Source: Paraspadella gotoi
Taxonomy: Eukaryota > Animalia > Chaetognatha
Assembly: GCA_051294375.1 (NCBI GenBank)
Contig: CM119265.1
Location: forward strand, 16,853,304 to 16,917,303
Direction: 5' to 3'
Length of the DNA: 64,000 nucleotides
Made by a program: the position numbers and the translations under genes. Shown piece by piece: positions 12,307 to 23,787 of this stretch. Position 1 is the first letter of the stretch, and each line of letters opens with the position of its first letter. The notes under the pieces are model-generated. The model was not told the origin of the DNA, ran no database searches, and saw only the letters and a list, made by a program, of their open reading frames with translations.

Positions 12307-12624
12307 ACGTGCCTCCAACAAGTTAATCTTGCATAATGGCGCGACTTCGCTTCCTTATCTTCTTTTCCTTCATTAACTCTTTTCTCGGATGAAGGAAGAA
12401 AAGTGAGGGAAAAGTAAAGTAGAGGAAAACTAAAACTAAGAAGAAACGAAGAGAAAACAAAAGAGTTTGTTTTGTTTTTTCTCTGCTTTCGCGCGTTTAC
12501 CTTTCTTTGTTAATCCTGTAAGAAAATTGAAAACTTTAAGGCTTGAAACATGAAATCCTATCTCACGTCTTTGGCACCTGAAGAAAATTTGCTTTCCTTC
12601 CTCGTCTTCTCTCTCTCTCTCTCT

Positions 12625-12674
<50 letters not shown>

Positions 12675-13001
12675 TCTCTCTGCTCTCTCTCTCTCTCTCC
12701 ATTTAAAATTTAGAACGAAAAACGGGAAAAAATAGCATTCCCCGTCACGAAGTTGCCCGGATGTGACAAGAAAACATAGAGGTTAAGTCATATTTAACGA
12801 AAAATGAGCTATATTAAAAGCTGAAGTTTTTAAAATTTTTGATGTGAAAGTATGAAAAAAGTTTTCATAATGGATAATTGGCTGGATTAAAACCTTAAAG
12901 GCGATTGAGATACCTTACGTTTTTCGAAAATGATCAACGATCTACATTCCTAAAAATGACACTTGCCGGTCAAGAATCGCTAGTCTCTCTTCTTTCTCTC
13001 T

Positions 13002-13099
<98 letters not shown>

Positions 13100-13524
13100 C
13101 ACTCAAGAACATGACTTTCTTCTGAAAAATTTGCCGCAATTATAACCAGAAATTCTGGAAATAATTTTTTTTTTCTTGTAATAACGAGAGATTGTTTGCG
13201 AAATCCTCGCTGGGCTTTTGGGCCGCCTCCTCCCACTCAAATGTAAAAGAGGGACAAAGATGAAGTTAGGGAGATGCAGGGAAGATGCAATGGGAAGCGG
13301 GGGTTGCGGTGAAAGGCGCAAAGTAGATATTAATATTTAATAAAGAAATCCATTGATTTGGCGATGAATATTCGGGCCTTTCGTTCTTTCTGGAATTCGA
13401 TAGAGAGATTTTTTTTCTCGAAGGAATGCTCTTATGAAAAATTGAAAATTTTCCCTACATTTTAAAGCTAACAAAGAAAAAAAAAGGGCATAAACCGATT
13501 ACCAGAAACACGGGGGGAGGGAAC

Positions 13525-13571
<47 letters not shown>

Positions 13572-14013
13572 ATTTTGAAAGGATCGCCGGTGTTTGGATT
13601 ATTAAGAAAGAAACCATTTTTTCATATATGCGTAAAAGATGTTTAAGTAGCCACAGACAGCGAGGAAGAAAAAAGGCGAGAGAAAGGGGCTTGGCTAAAA
13701 ACGAAAATAAATATCCCGCAGATTTTTTATCATTTTTTTTTAGTGCCCGAAATAACAAAAAAAAAATTTCACTTCCAATTTTTCCACAATAAAATATCAA
13801 AAGTTCCAAAACGGGAAATATCGGGTCGGCAGAGAACCAAAGTATCGTTTGTTTTTAGAAAACACAAAATGTTACAATTTTATTGTTAATTTTTTTTATT
13901 TCATTTGTTCTTTTCTGCGAGAAGGAATTACGGAGAAAGACTCTCCGATTTGTAAAGGAATCCTGACGTCAATCATTCTGTACGTGATTCTTTGTACTTT
14001 TTTAAGTCTCAAC

Positions 14014-14062
<49 letters not shown>

Positions 14063-15042
14063 GAGAGAGAGAGAGAGAGATAGTTTTCTTATACAAACAA
14101 TCACCGCAAAAATTTTCGGGGAATAAAGAAGATCAACCCGTAATTGTTTTCTTCAAAGTAAACTTTGAAAATCGATCTTAAGTCATCTCCTCCCCAACCC
14201 TTTTTCTTTCGACTTAAACCCGTCTATGTATTCTATTTTCTCAACCCTTTTATTTATTTTTTCTATTATTTTCTTGAGCATTTAAAACAACGCTATATAA
14301 GAAAGACATTTCCTGTTGTATTCTTTTCATTCTCGGTATAAAATATATTTCTTTCTTGTGACTTGTACCTATTTTGTATCGCATGTCAAAAAATCACTTT
14401 ATATCATCCCTTCGTCTTTATCATCTCTTTATCATCTCCCCCTCCTTTTTCCCTTCACCCCTTCCCTTCCCTTCCCCTCTGAGTGGAGATCGGTTCCCTT
14501 CCCCGGCTGCTGCCCTCGGGGTCTCGGCTGCGTGCCTTTCCCTATTATTATTTTTTTTTTAAAGATGATTTTATTTACTCTTTCTCGTGTATTTAACTCG
14601 CGAGAGGAAGAGGGGAAGAGAAAGAGACGGGGATGAAAAAAAAATAAAAGAATTTCCTTGGCATCTTCGTTATCACTGGCGTGAAAAGAAAAAGTGTTTT
14701 AAGTCTCGTCTCACGTGATTCTCAGGGTCGCGGAGAAATCACGAAGGAAGAGAAAGAGCAAAAAAAATAAGCAAAAAAAAAAGAAAATTTGTCGATGCCA
14801 AAAATGGAATCGTGTTCGGAGTCTTAACCTTTTCTTCGTTTCCGTCTGACTTTTTCAAAGGCGTAATAATTATAAGACGTTGGGTTTAAGAAAACTGAAA
14901 AATGAAAAAACAAAAATGTCAAGGCGTCCAAAAAAAAAACAATTTGTAAGGATAAAGTGTTTTCTTTTCACGACGCACTTTGTGATCCTAATCGGATCTT
15001 TCCCTCTCGGTGTCGCAAAAGCCGCGATAATGACACAAACGT

Positions 15043-15095
<53 letters not shown>

Positions 15096-15475
15096 TCTCT
15101 CTCCTCTCTCTCTTCTCTCTCTTCTCTTGCCGGAAAGGAGTGAGATTCTCGAAGGCGACCGAAGATGGCGTTGTTCTGTTGTTTTTCTTTTTTTCGCCGC
15201 TGGATGTCGCCGCAGCTGCGTTGTTTTCCGGAGAAAACGGCGAAAAAACAGAGATTGAAAATTCGATGCCGGAAAAAGCGAAAGACGGAAAAATGAAAAG
15301 ACAGTCAGAATATATAATAAGCAGGCCATTATATTTTTACATTAGCATACGTACATAGCATCCAAAAAAATGAAAGAAACGAAAATGAACTTTATAAAAA
15401 AAAAGAAAGAAAAAAAGAAAGAAAATCAGGGAAATAAAAAAGGGTGAGTTTCGTGAGAGTCGAAGCGTGAAAGGG

Positions 15476-15502
15476 ATGATGATGATGATGATGATGATGA
15501 TG
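15476..15502. repeat. (GAT)n microsatellite
   Basis: Seen directly. Confidence 0.9.
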
Positions 15503-17486
15503 ACTACAGGGAATTAAGTGACAAAGAAACCGAAAGAAAGACAAAGAGAAGGTGTGGGGGGGTGGCTGGTTTAGGAAAGGGGGGGCACGATAATAAATGG
15601 TAAAGAGTAAGATAGGTTAGATCGCGGTTGGGCAAAGAAGAAAAGTAAAAATAAACGTTGGGTTCAGGTTTAAGATACGAAAGATTTGATTTTAAAAGAT
15701 GGTTAAATAAAAGGAAACGTAAGGTTAAAATTTGATGGTTTGGTGTGAGGGGGGGGCTATCTCCGGTCACTTGTCGTCATCATCTCGCAATCAATTTATT
15801 CCGAAAAATTGGATTTTAATCTCCTAAACTCAGGGAAACATCTTATATCAACTAAATCGTCGAATGGATATATTATTATATATTTAAGTAAATATAAAGC
15901 GATCGATTGGCCGAGGCCAAGATGTTAGTAGCGTGGGTGGCGGCAAAGAAATAGGCGGTGGCGGCAAAAGCGGTGGCAGCGGCGGCGGCGGCCGTTTTGG
16001 GTGGTAGTGTCGGTGTAAATCAAATAAGAAGGATCATCGGACTACGAAAAAGGGGGAATAAAAAAGGATTTGAGTAGCGAACAGGAAAAGAAAATTCATC
16101 ATTCGTCACTTTTTCTCGTTTATTCGTTAAAGAATCGAGATTCGCGAACAAACGATTCTTCTCTTCACGCTCTCCCCCCTCAACCCCCCCCCGCCCGCTC
16201 CCCGGATGTCGAGTACTCTACGTCGCCAAACCGGATGTAAAGTACTCCTTTTGTTAGAGTCATCCTACTGATTGTGACGCAAATCGCGCCGAGATTTTGA
16301 CGGCGAAAAAAGGGACGAAAATTGCAAGACGTTATCGGCTCAACTCTCAGATCCGTTCTTTTGCATCATACTCGATGATTTTATGTAATTTTTTTTCTTC
16401 TTCCGTGGTAAGCCTAATCAAACATTTACCAAGGAGTCGAACTTGAATTTCTTATTCGTCTCACAATTTAACTGTTTAATAATGGTTAAAATAATTCAGT
16501 TTAGAAGTACTATGTACATTGTACATGCCTTATGTTACATAATTGTACGTGTATAATGACCAAAAATTAGTATAATAAATGTGTATCATAAACAAACATA
16601 TATATCACAAAAATAACCATAATTCAGAAGCCTTATCGAAATGAAAAAGGGTAAATTTAACGCAGATATCCAGATCGGCGAATATAATAGCGAGAGCAAT
16701 CATGCATCCAGGTGGTCAAAGAATCTTCGTTTTTCGCTCCCCTCAAACCTTTAATCATCATCTGTCGGAGAAACCCGAGGTGAGAGAATCGTGAGATGTT
16801 CCATCTCTCCACCCAAGCGTCGCCTTCGCGGTGGTCGTCGGAGATAATCGGTTACATTGTAGTCGAAACTGAACAAAAAACGTCGGGTTTATCGAGCCTC
16901 GTATCCGGGTAAGAATCGCGAAACCCCGGATGTAATTGGCTACGCGCTTCATTTGCTTCATCGCAGGGAAATCGAACCTCGCGACACCTGGTCTTCGAAG
17001 AAAAGATCTCGTATCAAAAGACGCGTCTCTCCGTCCGTTTGTCTCATTGTCTCTACTTCCGATCAGAAGACGTGACCCTTTTCTAAGAATTTTCCCTTCA
17101 CCAACATTAATTTTTTTGGGTTTTTTTTTTAATGTTTTATTTATCGGAAAAATTCGTATGTATTCAGTTTATCACGAAGCCCCAGAAAAATAATTAGGAA
17201 AATTTTTGTGAAAATACTAAGAGGAGAAACTCCAACCGAAACTATTTAACGAGATTAGGTGTACTTTGACCTAATTTACTGGTCTGCTTACAATAACAAA
17301 CACAAAGGACGAGTTTCGACTCTTTAATGATAGACTCTCGTCGTGGCCGAAGTTTCCCTCAACACGGCCCTTTGTTTCTCATCCTTTTATTTCAAGCGAC
17401 CGAGTATCTTCAATCGCTATCTCGACGTAGTAACAATGTAAACAGACTGCGAATGTAAACAAGACACAAAACGTAAACAAGGTTAG

Positions 17487-17561
<75 letters not shown>

Positions 17562-18199
17562 CGGCCGCGTTTTGCACCGAGGCTCTAAAAAAAGCACAAA
17601 AAAAGTACGGGAGGTCGAGGGGGGAAATGAGGAAGAGGAAGTTTGTTCGGGACAGATGTTGGGCGGAACCTCATTAATTCCGTTTCATTTCTACTGGACG
17701 GAGAGAGAGAGAGAGCGCGGGGGGGGCAGTATTAGTAGATAAGAAGATTGGTAGAGAGGATGCGAAGCGGAAGAGGGGTAATGAGCCTTGGAAAAGCCAT
17801 CAGCTCGAGAATAAGCATTTTGAGTGACATTATAAGAATATATTTTATCAAATTTTTTTTCTCCGTTCAATTTGTAGGAAATATAAAAAAATTATTTACA
17901 ATATCGAACATGTAAGGTGTAGATTCATTTAATATTTCGAACGAGAATGCGATATAAAGTATTATTGATATACGTAAAAAAAAACCCCGAAAAAGTCCAC
18001 CTCCANNNNNNNNNNTGTCCCCATAAATCATAACCTCCGCCCAAACCTCTACCGTAAAATTTCCCGTCATGACGAATCCTTTTTTGTGACATAAATTCAC
18101 GACCCTAATTCGACCCCAATCCATGCGCCCCCCCCCTAAAATTCCAAAACCACAACCGGCCCTTACTGCTTCCCCGACCACTTCTCCCCCCAACCTCCC

Positions 18200-18370
18200 C
18201 CACGCCGCCGAATTCACAATTCCCGTTACGTGAAACCGGCCGTCGATTTTCAGCTTCATCCGCTTCCGCATTCATGGTGTCCCTGGTTTCGATCTATGGT
18301 GCCACTCAACGCTTCGCCCACAGTGTCTTCCGCGGAGGAGATTCGTGCGGCTCGAAATTCTCTCGGGAAA
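18200..18370 (+). mobile_element. possible decayed LINE ORF2 C-terminal fragment
   Basis: HNSRYVKPAVDFQLHPLPHSWCPWFRSMVPLNASPTVSSAEEIRAARNSL loosely fits the GH..k...P.......HSF..R....WN.LP..V.sa pattern at CR1/L2 ORF2 ends. Confidence 0.25.
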
Positions 18371-18802
18371 GAAAAACAGATACACATAAATATATTCGGC
18401 GGAAAGATATTTTCTCTTTCCCATTTTCCCGTTTGTTTGTTGTTTTTTTTTCACACACTTTGTAGTACGTGTTATTGTATAATACAATTCTCCTTGCTTT
18501 GAAGCTCGTCTCGCGCGTTTCTACAACTTTCACTACCTATTTTTAAATTTTTTTATTTAGATATCTTGTTTTACCCTTAGACCTGCATTTTGTTCTTGAA
18601 AAAGGATCGTTACCTACGAAATAATATTTCGATCGCAGTCGGTTTTTACTGTTGTCATATGTTTCGCGCTACTTGTTAGTTATATCATACGCCTTTGACT
18701 CTATAATAAGACTTTGTTAACGTCATCCTTGTTTTTCGGTTCCCTTCAAGACTCTTCCTTGCTCGAAGCAGCGGCAGTGGCTGAAAAGACTGCCATGACC
18801 AA

Positions 18803-18874
18803 GCCAAAGTGACCGCGCGACCGTAGTGACCGCCCGACCGTAGTGACCGCCCGGCCAAAGTGACCTAGAAACCG
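18803..18874. repeat. 17-bp minisatellite, probably a DNA-transposon subterminal repeat
   Basis: Core AGTGACC at 18808, 18825, 18842 and 18859 (exact 17-bp spacing), ending ggccaaagtgacctagaaaccg. Confidence 0.8.
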
Positions 18875-19213
18875 TGAAATTCGAATCGTAATTGGCGGAT
18901 ATCGAGTATCGATCCCAGAGGTCGCGCCAAGTCGTCTGACCCGAGGGTTTCTCGTCGCTCGACCTCAAAGGTCACCCTACGTCACTCTGCGTGGCGCGAC
19001 GTCATTCCCGCTTGGCGCGAAGTCACGAATCTCTAGATTTGTGATTTTTTTTTGTTTTTGTGTGTGTGTGTGAATTATTAATTTGACGGTTTTTTAAAAT
19101 GATTTTAGTTAACTTATCGATTTTTAAAAAATTAATTTCGATTTCTATTAACGTGCCTTATTCCTCCCCAATTTTTTTGTCAATGGTTTTTGTTCGATCT
19201 ATTCAAGTTGGTG

Positions 19214-19294
19214 GCATTCACGAACCCAGCATTCACGAGTGCAGCATACACGAACGCAGCATTCACGAGTGCAGCATTCACGAACCCAGCATTC
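19214..19294. repeat. 15-bp minisatellite, ~5.4 copies
   Basis: Units: gcattcacgaaccca, gcattcacgagtgca, gcatacacgaacgca, gcattcacgagtgca, gcattcacgaaccca, gcattc. Confidence 0.9.
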
Positions 19295-19921
19295 GCTTGG
19301 CGTCGGCATCCGACTGGCATCCACGCACGAGCATCGAGTTCCACGTGAGCGAACGATAGTGGGATTTCGATATTCTAAGATCACGATGACCTGATATAAA
19401 AATTGATTAGCGATAGTTAAAAAGTTCGTCATGTCCTCATCTCCTATTTTCAAAATGATGTCTTAAATTGCGACGCGACTCATTGCCTCGATTTGACGGA
19501 CTCCCATTACTCAATTGCGAGGTTCGGAGTTTCTATTCTCGAAACTGAAAATACCCCCTTTTTTTTCCCGGCAACAACGATTACAAATACAATGGCTGCA
19601 AACTGAAACAACGAATACAACATTTACAAGTCGATGCAAGATATGGAACAATCCATAAGGCGACCTTGGATACAACCTTTGTCTGCCCCTTAAAAAATCG
19701 GAGTTGCGATCATGTACAAGTCAGTATTCAAGCTAAAAGAACTGACCTCTCTCTCTCTCTCTCTCCCCCCTCTCTCTCTCTCTACCCCCATAGGACAGAG
19801 GTCTACTAGTGTAAAGGGAACTGTAACATCGTGTCAGACTCATGGGCCACTTATTCGTCACAAAAAGAGGTGGATATTTGACACGACGTAGCTTTTATGC
19901 TCGATTGATCGATGTCAAAAG

Positions 19922-19979
<58 letters not shown>

Positions 19980-19992
19980 AGAGAGACGAGAT

Positions 19993-20025
<33 letters not shown>

Positions 20026-20390
20026 TATTTTAATCTTTTATCATCGCGAAATATTCCGAATGACGTCATCTTTCTTTCATTGTTCTTTCCTCATTCATAA
20101 AATGTCAGATTTTGCTACTACATTCAGGTGGCAATCGTGTTTCAATTTTACAACACCGTTGCCGTTATGTTTTGTTTTTTTTTGGCTTGGTCAAAAAGTG
20201 AGATAGCCATCTCTCAAAAAGCCACTTTTCCTCATCTCCCCTTTTCTCTGTCCAAAACCCTTCTGCATCAGATTGGGACTCTGTTTCAACAGCGGATTAC
20301 TTTTATCGCTCATGCAAAAACATTCCGCTCCTTGCGACAAATATATTCTCTCTCTGCCTCTCTCTCTCTCTCTTTCTCTCTCTCCTCTCT

Positions 20391-20449
<59 letters not shown>

Positions 20450-20589
20450 TCTCTCTCTCTTCTCTCTCTTCTCTCTCTCTCTCCTTTTACTTTCTATTCT
20501 CTTTCCCTCTTACCCATTGTACATTCATCATGCAAACATTTTTATTCGATTTCTATTTTTTTTTATGAAAAAGGTCGAAGCTCCCTCGG

Positions 20590-20780
20590 TCGCACGAACG
20601 ACTTTGGCGTGTACACAGACGGGGTCGCCATCGTCGTTGCCATCGCGTCTACGAGCTACGCTTACGGCACTCCTTAATCCTTACACACTTCTCGCAACTT
20701 CCCACCGTCCACCTCACCTATGGACGCCCCCTCCCCCAAAATATCTCCCTCTCTCGCCACGCCGCAAAAAAACCGCTCTC
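20590..20780 (+). mobile_element. possible decayed LINE RT catalytic-region fragment
   Basis: DFGVYTDGVAIVVAIASTSYAYGTP*SLHTS resembles the LYADDvaI...I.s......LQ.dL segment of non-LTR RTs. Confidence 0.25.
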
Positions 20781-20823
20781 TTTCCCCCTCGGGGCCTTCG
20801 AAATAAATCATTATAATTCATTT

Positions 20824-20826
<3 letters not shown>

Positions 20827-20910
<84 letters not shown>
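20827..20910. repeat. (GA)42 perfect microsatellite
   Basis: Seen directly. Confidence 0.95.
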
Positions 20911-20911
<1 letters not shown>

Positions 20912-21439
20912 GGAAAGGAAAAGAGTTCGACGATCAAAAAACGTTCGTTGGCTGCTTTTTATGCTTTTTTATGCTTTTTATGCTTTTATGCAATATTTCC
21001 CCCATTCTTTCCATTGCGCATTATAGCGCCCAGGGGGGTTTATTTAAGGCTCGGTTCCCAATGGCTTTTTATAATTTTTTTTTTTATTTAAATTTTTTTT
21101 AATGTCTAATGCGATTTTTCATTTCGATTGAGTATTTTTTTAATATTTTTTTGCGCCGTTTTGCCTACCGATTTGTCATTAAAAACCGGTGGCGTTTTAT
21201 TTCTCGTCGTCGTCGTTTTGTTCTTTTTTTTTTAGTTTGTTTGTTTACCTTTTTACTCTCCGCCGTTGCTAAGCGACTCGACTCGCCGCGGTGAGGGAAA
21301 TTCGTCGTCGACGATTCCAGGTGAACAAACAGGTCTCGCTCTCGCTCTCGCTCTCTCTCACTCTCCCTGTCGGCCGCGCTTCTAATTGCTCATTTGCATA
21401 ATTGAATGGCATCGATTTAAGCTACCCGCAAATCAAAAT

Positions 21440-21505
21440 GCAAACGCGAAACTTATTCATGGATTTTATACGGTTTTTCCCCGACGGTGCGGAATTGTTT
21501 GAACG

Positions 21506-21543
<38 letters not shown>

Positions 21544-21636
21544 GGCGGCGGCGGAAGCGGCAGCTGGAGAGTAGGTAGTAATAAGGGCTGGCTGTTAGGT
21601 AAGGTCGGTTGCCGCGGCGGTGCCGGTGGCGGTGGC

Positions 21637-21674
<38 letters not shown>

Positions 21675-21964
21675 AAGCGCTGTTGAGTGTTTGCCATTTT
21701 AGACTTTAAAAACGTATTCATTATGAATATCTTTTACGAAACATTTCGCCAAGAATAAATTGGAATAATAACTAAAAAGTATGAATATTTAAATATAACG
21801 ATAAAATTAATCGTTTACGAATAATACGAGATAGTTAAGACCTCAATTTAGTAGGGAGAAGGGGTGGCTGCGGCGACGGTGTCAGCAGCGGCGACGGCGG
21901 CGGGGAAGGCGGCTTATTTCGAATGGACGGTGGTTGTTAAAATGGTATAAGGGAACGATGATGA

Positions 21965-21995
<31 letters not shown>
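21440..21995 (-). other. (GGC)n/(GAC)n-rich island, possible Pro-rich exon(s)
   Basis: Two GGC tracts (21504-21554, 21615-21671) and a GAT/GAC tract (21957-21995). One minus frame is open: ALAP15APPRQPTLPNSQPLLLPTLQLPLP14FKQFRTVGEKP. Splice phases could not be reconciled. Confidence 0.3.
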
Positions 21996-22162
21996 CACTA
22001 AAACCAAATAACAGGAATTCCTTTTTCTTTTTTTTTCCATTTTCTTTCGCCGAGAAAACAAAAATTATTTCATTACTATTTTATCATTTTTCCTCCTCAA
22101 TTCTTTTTTCTTCCGTCGCCAACTTCTTTGCGGGTCATTAAATCTTGGTTCATGGCGACCGC

Positions 22163-22229
<67 letters not shown>

Positions 22230-23669
22230 TATTGCTCCGGTGGACGTTTTAAGCTCAAAAAATGACTTTAAAAACCGGAAAACTGACATAAAAAGTGACA
22301 GTCGTTGCCGAGTGTCAGTTTTTCGTCTCGACGACGGAACAATACTTCGGTCGGTCGGTCGGTCTCTGCCTCGAGGAAAGAAAAGCGTCTGAGAAGTGGA
22401 GTGACAAAGGGATCGATGGATCGAAGGAACGGCTCTTCAGGATTTTCAATCGACTAATTACTAAAATAGATTCTTTGTCAGCCACTCCTACCAATCATAA
22501 TTATTAATCCAAACTTTGATTTCGTGCAAAATTATTAGAAGAAAAAAGAGACAAAAAATTCTTCTCCAATGATAAATTTCCTTCTTCCCTACCGGACCCG
22601 TTTTTCCTCTCCTCACCCGCCCGTTTCAGACCTTGTTCCCACTTCCGAGACTCACGCTTTCACTGACCCGAATTCAGCTTTTTGTTTCAAAAGTGAATGT
22701 CGAAGCTTCGGGGTTAACTGTGAGCGAGTTTCTCTTTCTCACAGATTCTCTTCTTCTAAAAAAGATAAAAAATTCTTAGACGCGAATTAAGTATGGAACT
22801 AAAGAGAAAACCAACTTATTGTTTCTGGGTTTTTTTTGTCGTTTTGTTTTACTTTTGTCTCTTATGGTTTTTTTTCGCGTCGGCTTTTTTGTTCCATTGT
22901 TTTCGATTTTCTGTTTTTTCTGTTTTTTCTGTTTTTTCTGTTTTAGTAAACTGGACACAACGATTGTTGTTTTTTTTTGTTCGAATTTCACATAAATAAT
23001 ATGTCACTTTCGTTCTATTATACATAAATAATCTGGAAAGCTGATGTCTAGACGGTTTTTTTTTTTGCTATTTACCATTTGTACCGAAATACGAAATATA
23101 ATTATCACTTTGTGTGTGTAATTTTATCATTAAATCTAATCATTCAATTATTCATTCATACAGTCATTCATGCATTCATTCATTTACTCATTCATTGATA
23201 TTTTCTTCGTCGCCCTCATTCTTTTTTGCTCAGCTGTCGACTTTTTGCGCCAAAATTTGTTAATTTAAAAAAAAAATGTTGTGGTTTTTTTAATATTATT
23301 TGCATTAGACTTGTGGAAAACAAAGGCGAACGGACCTTCAAGCTCAACTCTGCGCGCGTGATCGTGCGTGCATGCGACAGCGTGCAACCGCGTTTGCGTT
23401 CCAACCCCTCCCTTAAAAAAACCCCGAATCGCCAGAATTTTTGATAAAAATCCCATTTCATAAAAATATTAAAAATTCGGTTTTTGGTCAACTAAAATAA
23501 ACAGAGAGAGTGATAGGGAGGGAAGGAGAGAGATGGAGAGAGAGGGAGATAGAGATAGAGTACGATGGTAAAAGGGGAAAAACATAATTTATCCTGAAAT
23601 CCCCTCGCATGAAAATTGAGAGAAAGGAATCGATTCTGACTCTTATTTGTATTCGAGATTTTTCTTGGC

Positions 23670-23787
23670 CACGTGATCGGTTGCCCGATTTCACTTTCCG
23701 ATGAGACTGACTCTCCTCCCGAGTCTCTCGTCAAGCTTTTTGTGTCATGTTGACCAATCTGATTGGTCAATGATCAGTGGTCACGTG
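23670..23787. promoter_or_regulatory. candidate promoter/enhancer: palindromic double CCAAT flanked by E-boxes
   Basis: Perfect palindrome ttgaccaatc-t-gattggtcaa at 23750-23770, with CACGTG at 23670 and 23782. Confidence 0.3.

Noticed and set aside
12436-15358. Numerous ERERER/SLSLSL ORFs here and throughout the window
   Set aside because: Products of stop-free AG/CT microsatellites.
19214-19294. CRISPR-like array (also considered for 18803-18874 and 48842-48905)
   Set aside because: Units are 15-17 bp head-to-tail with no unique spacers, there are no cas genes, and the context is eukaryotic.
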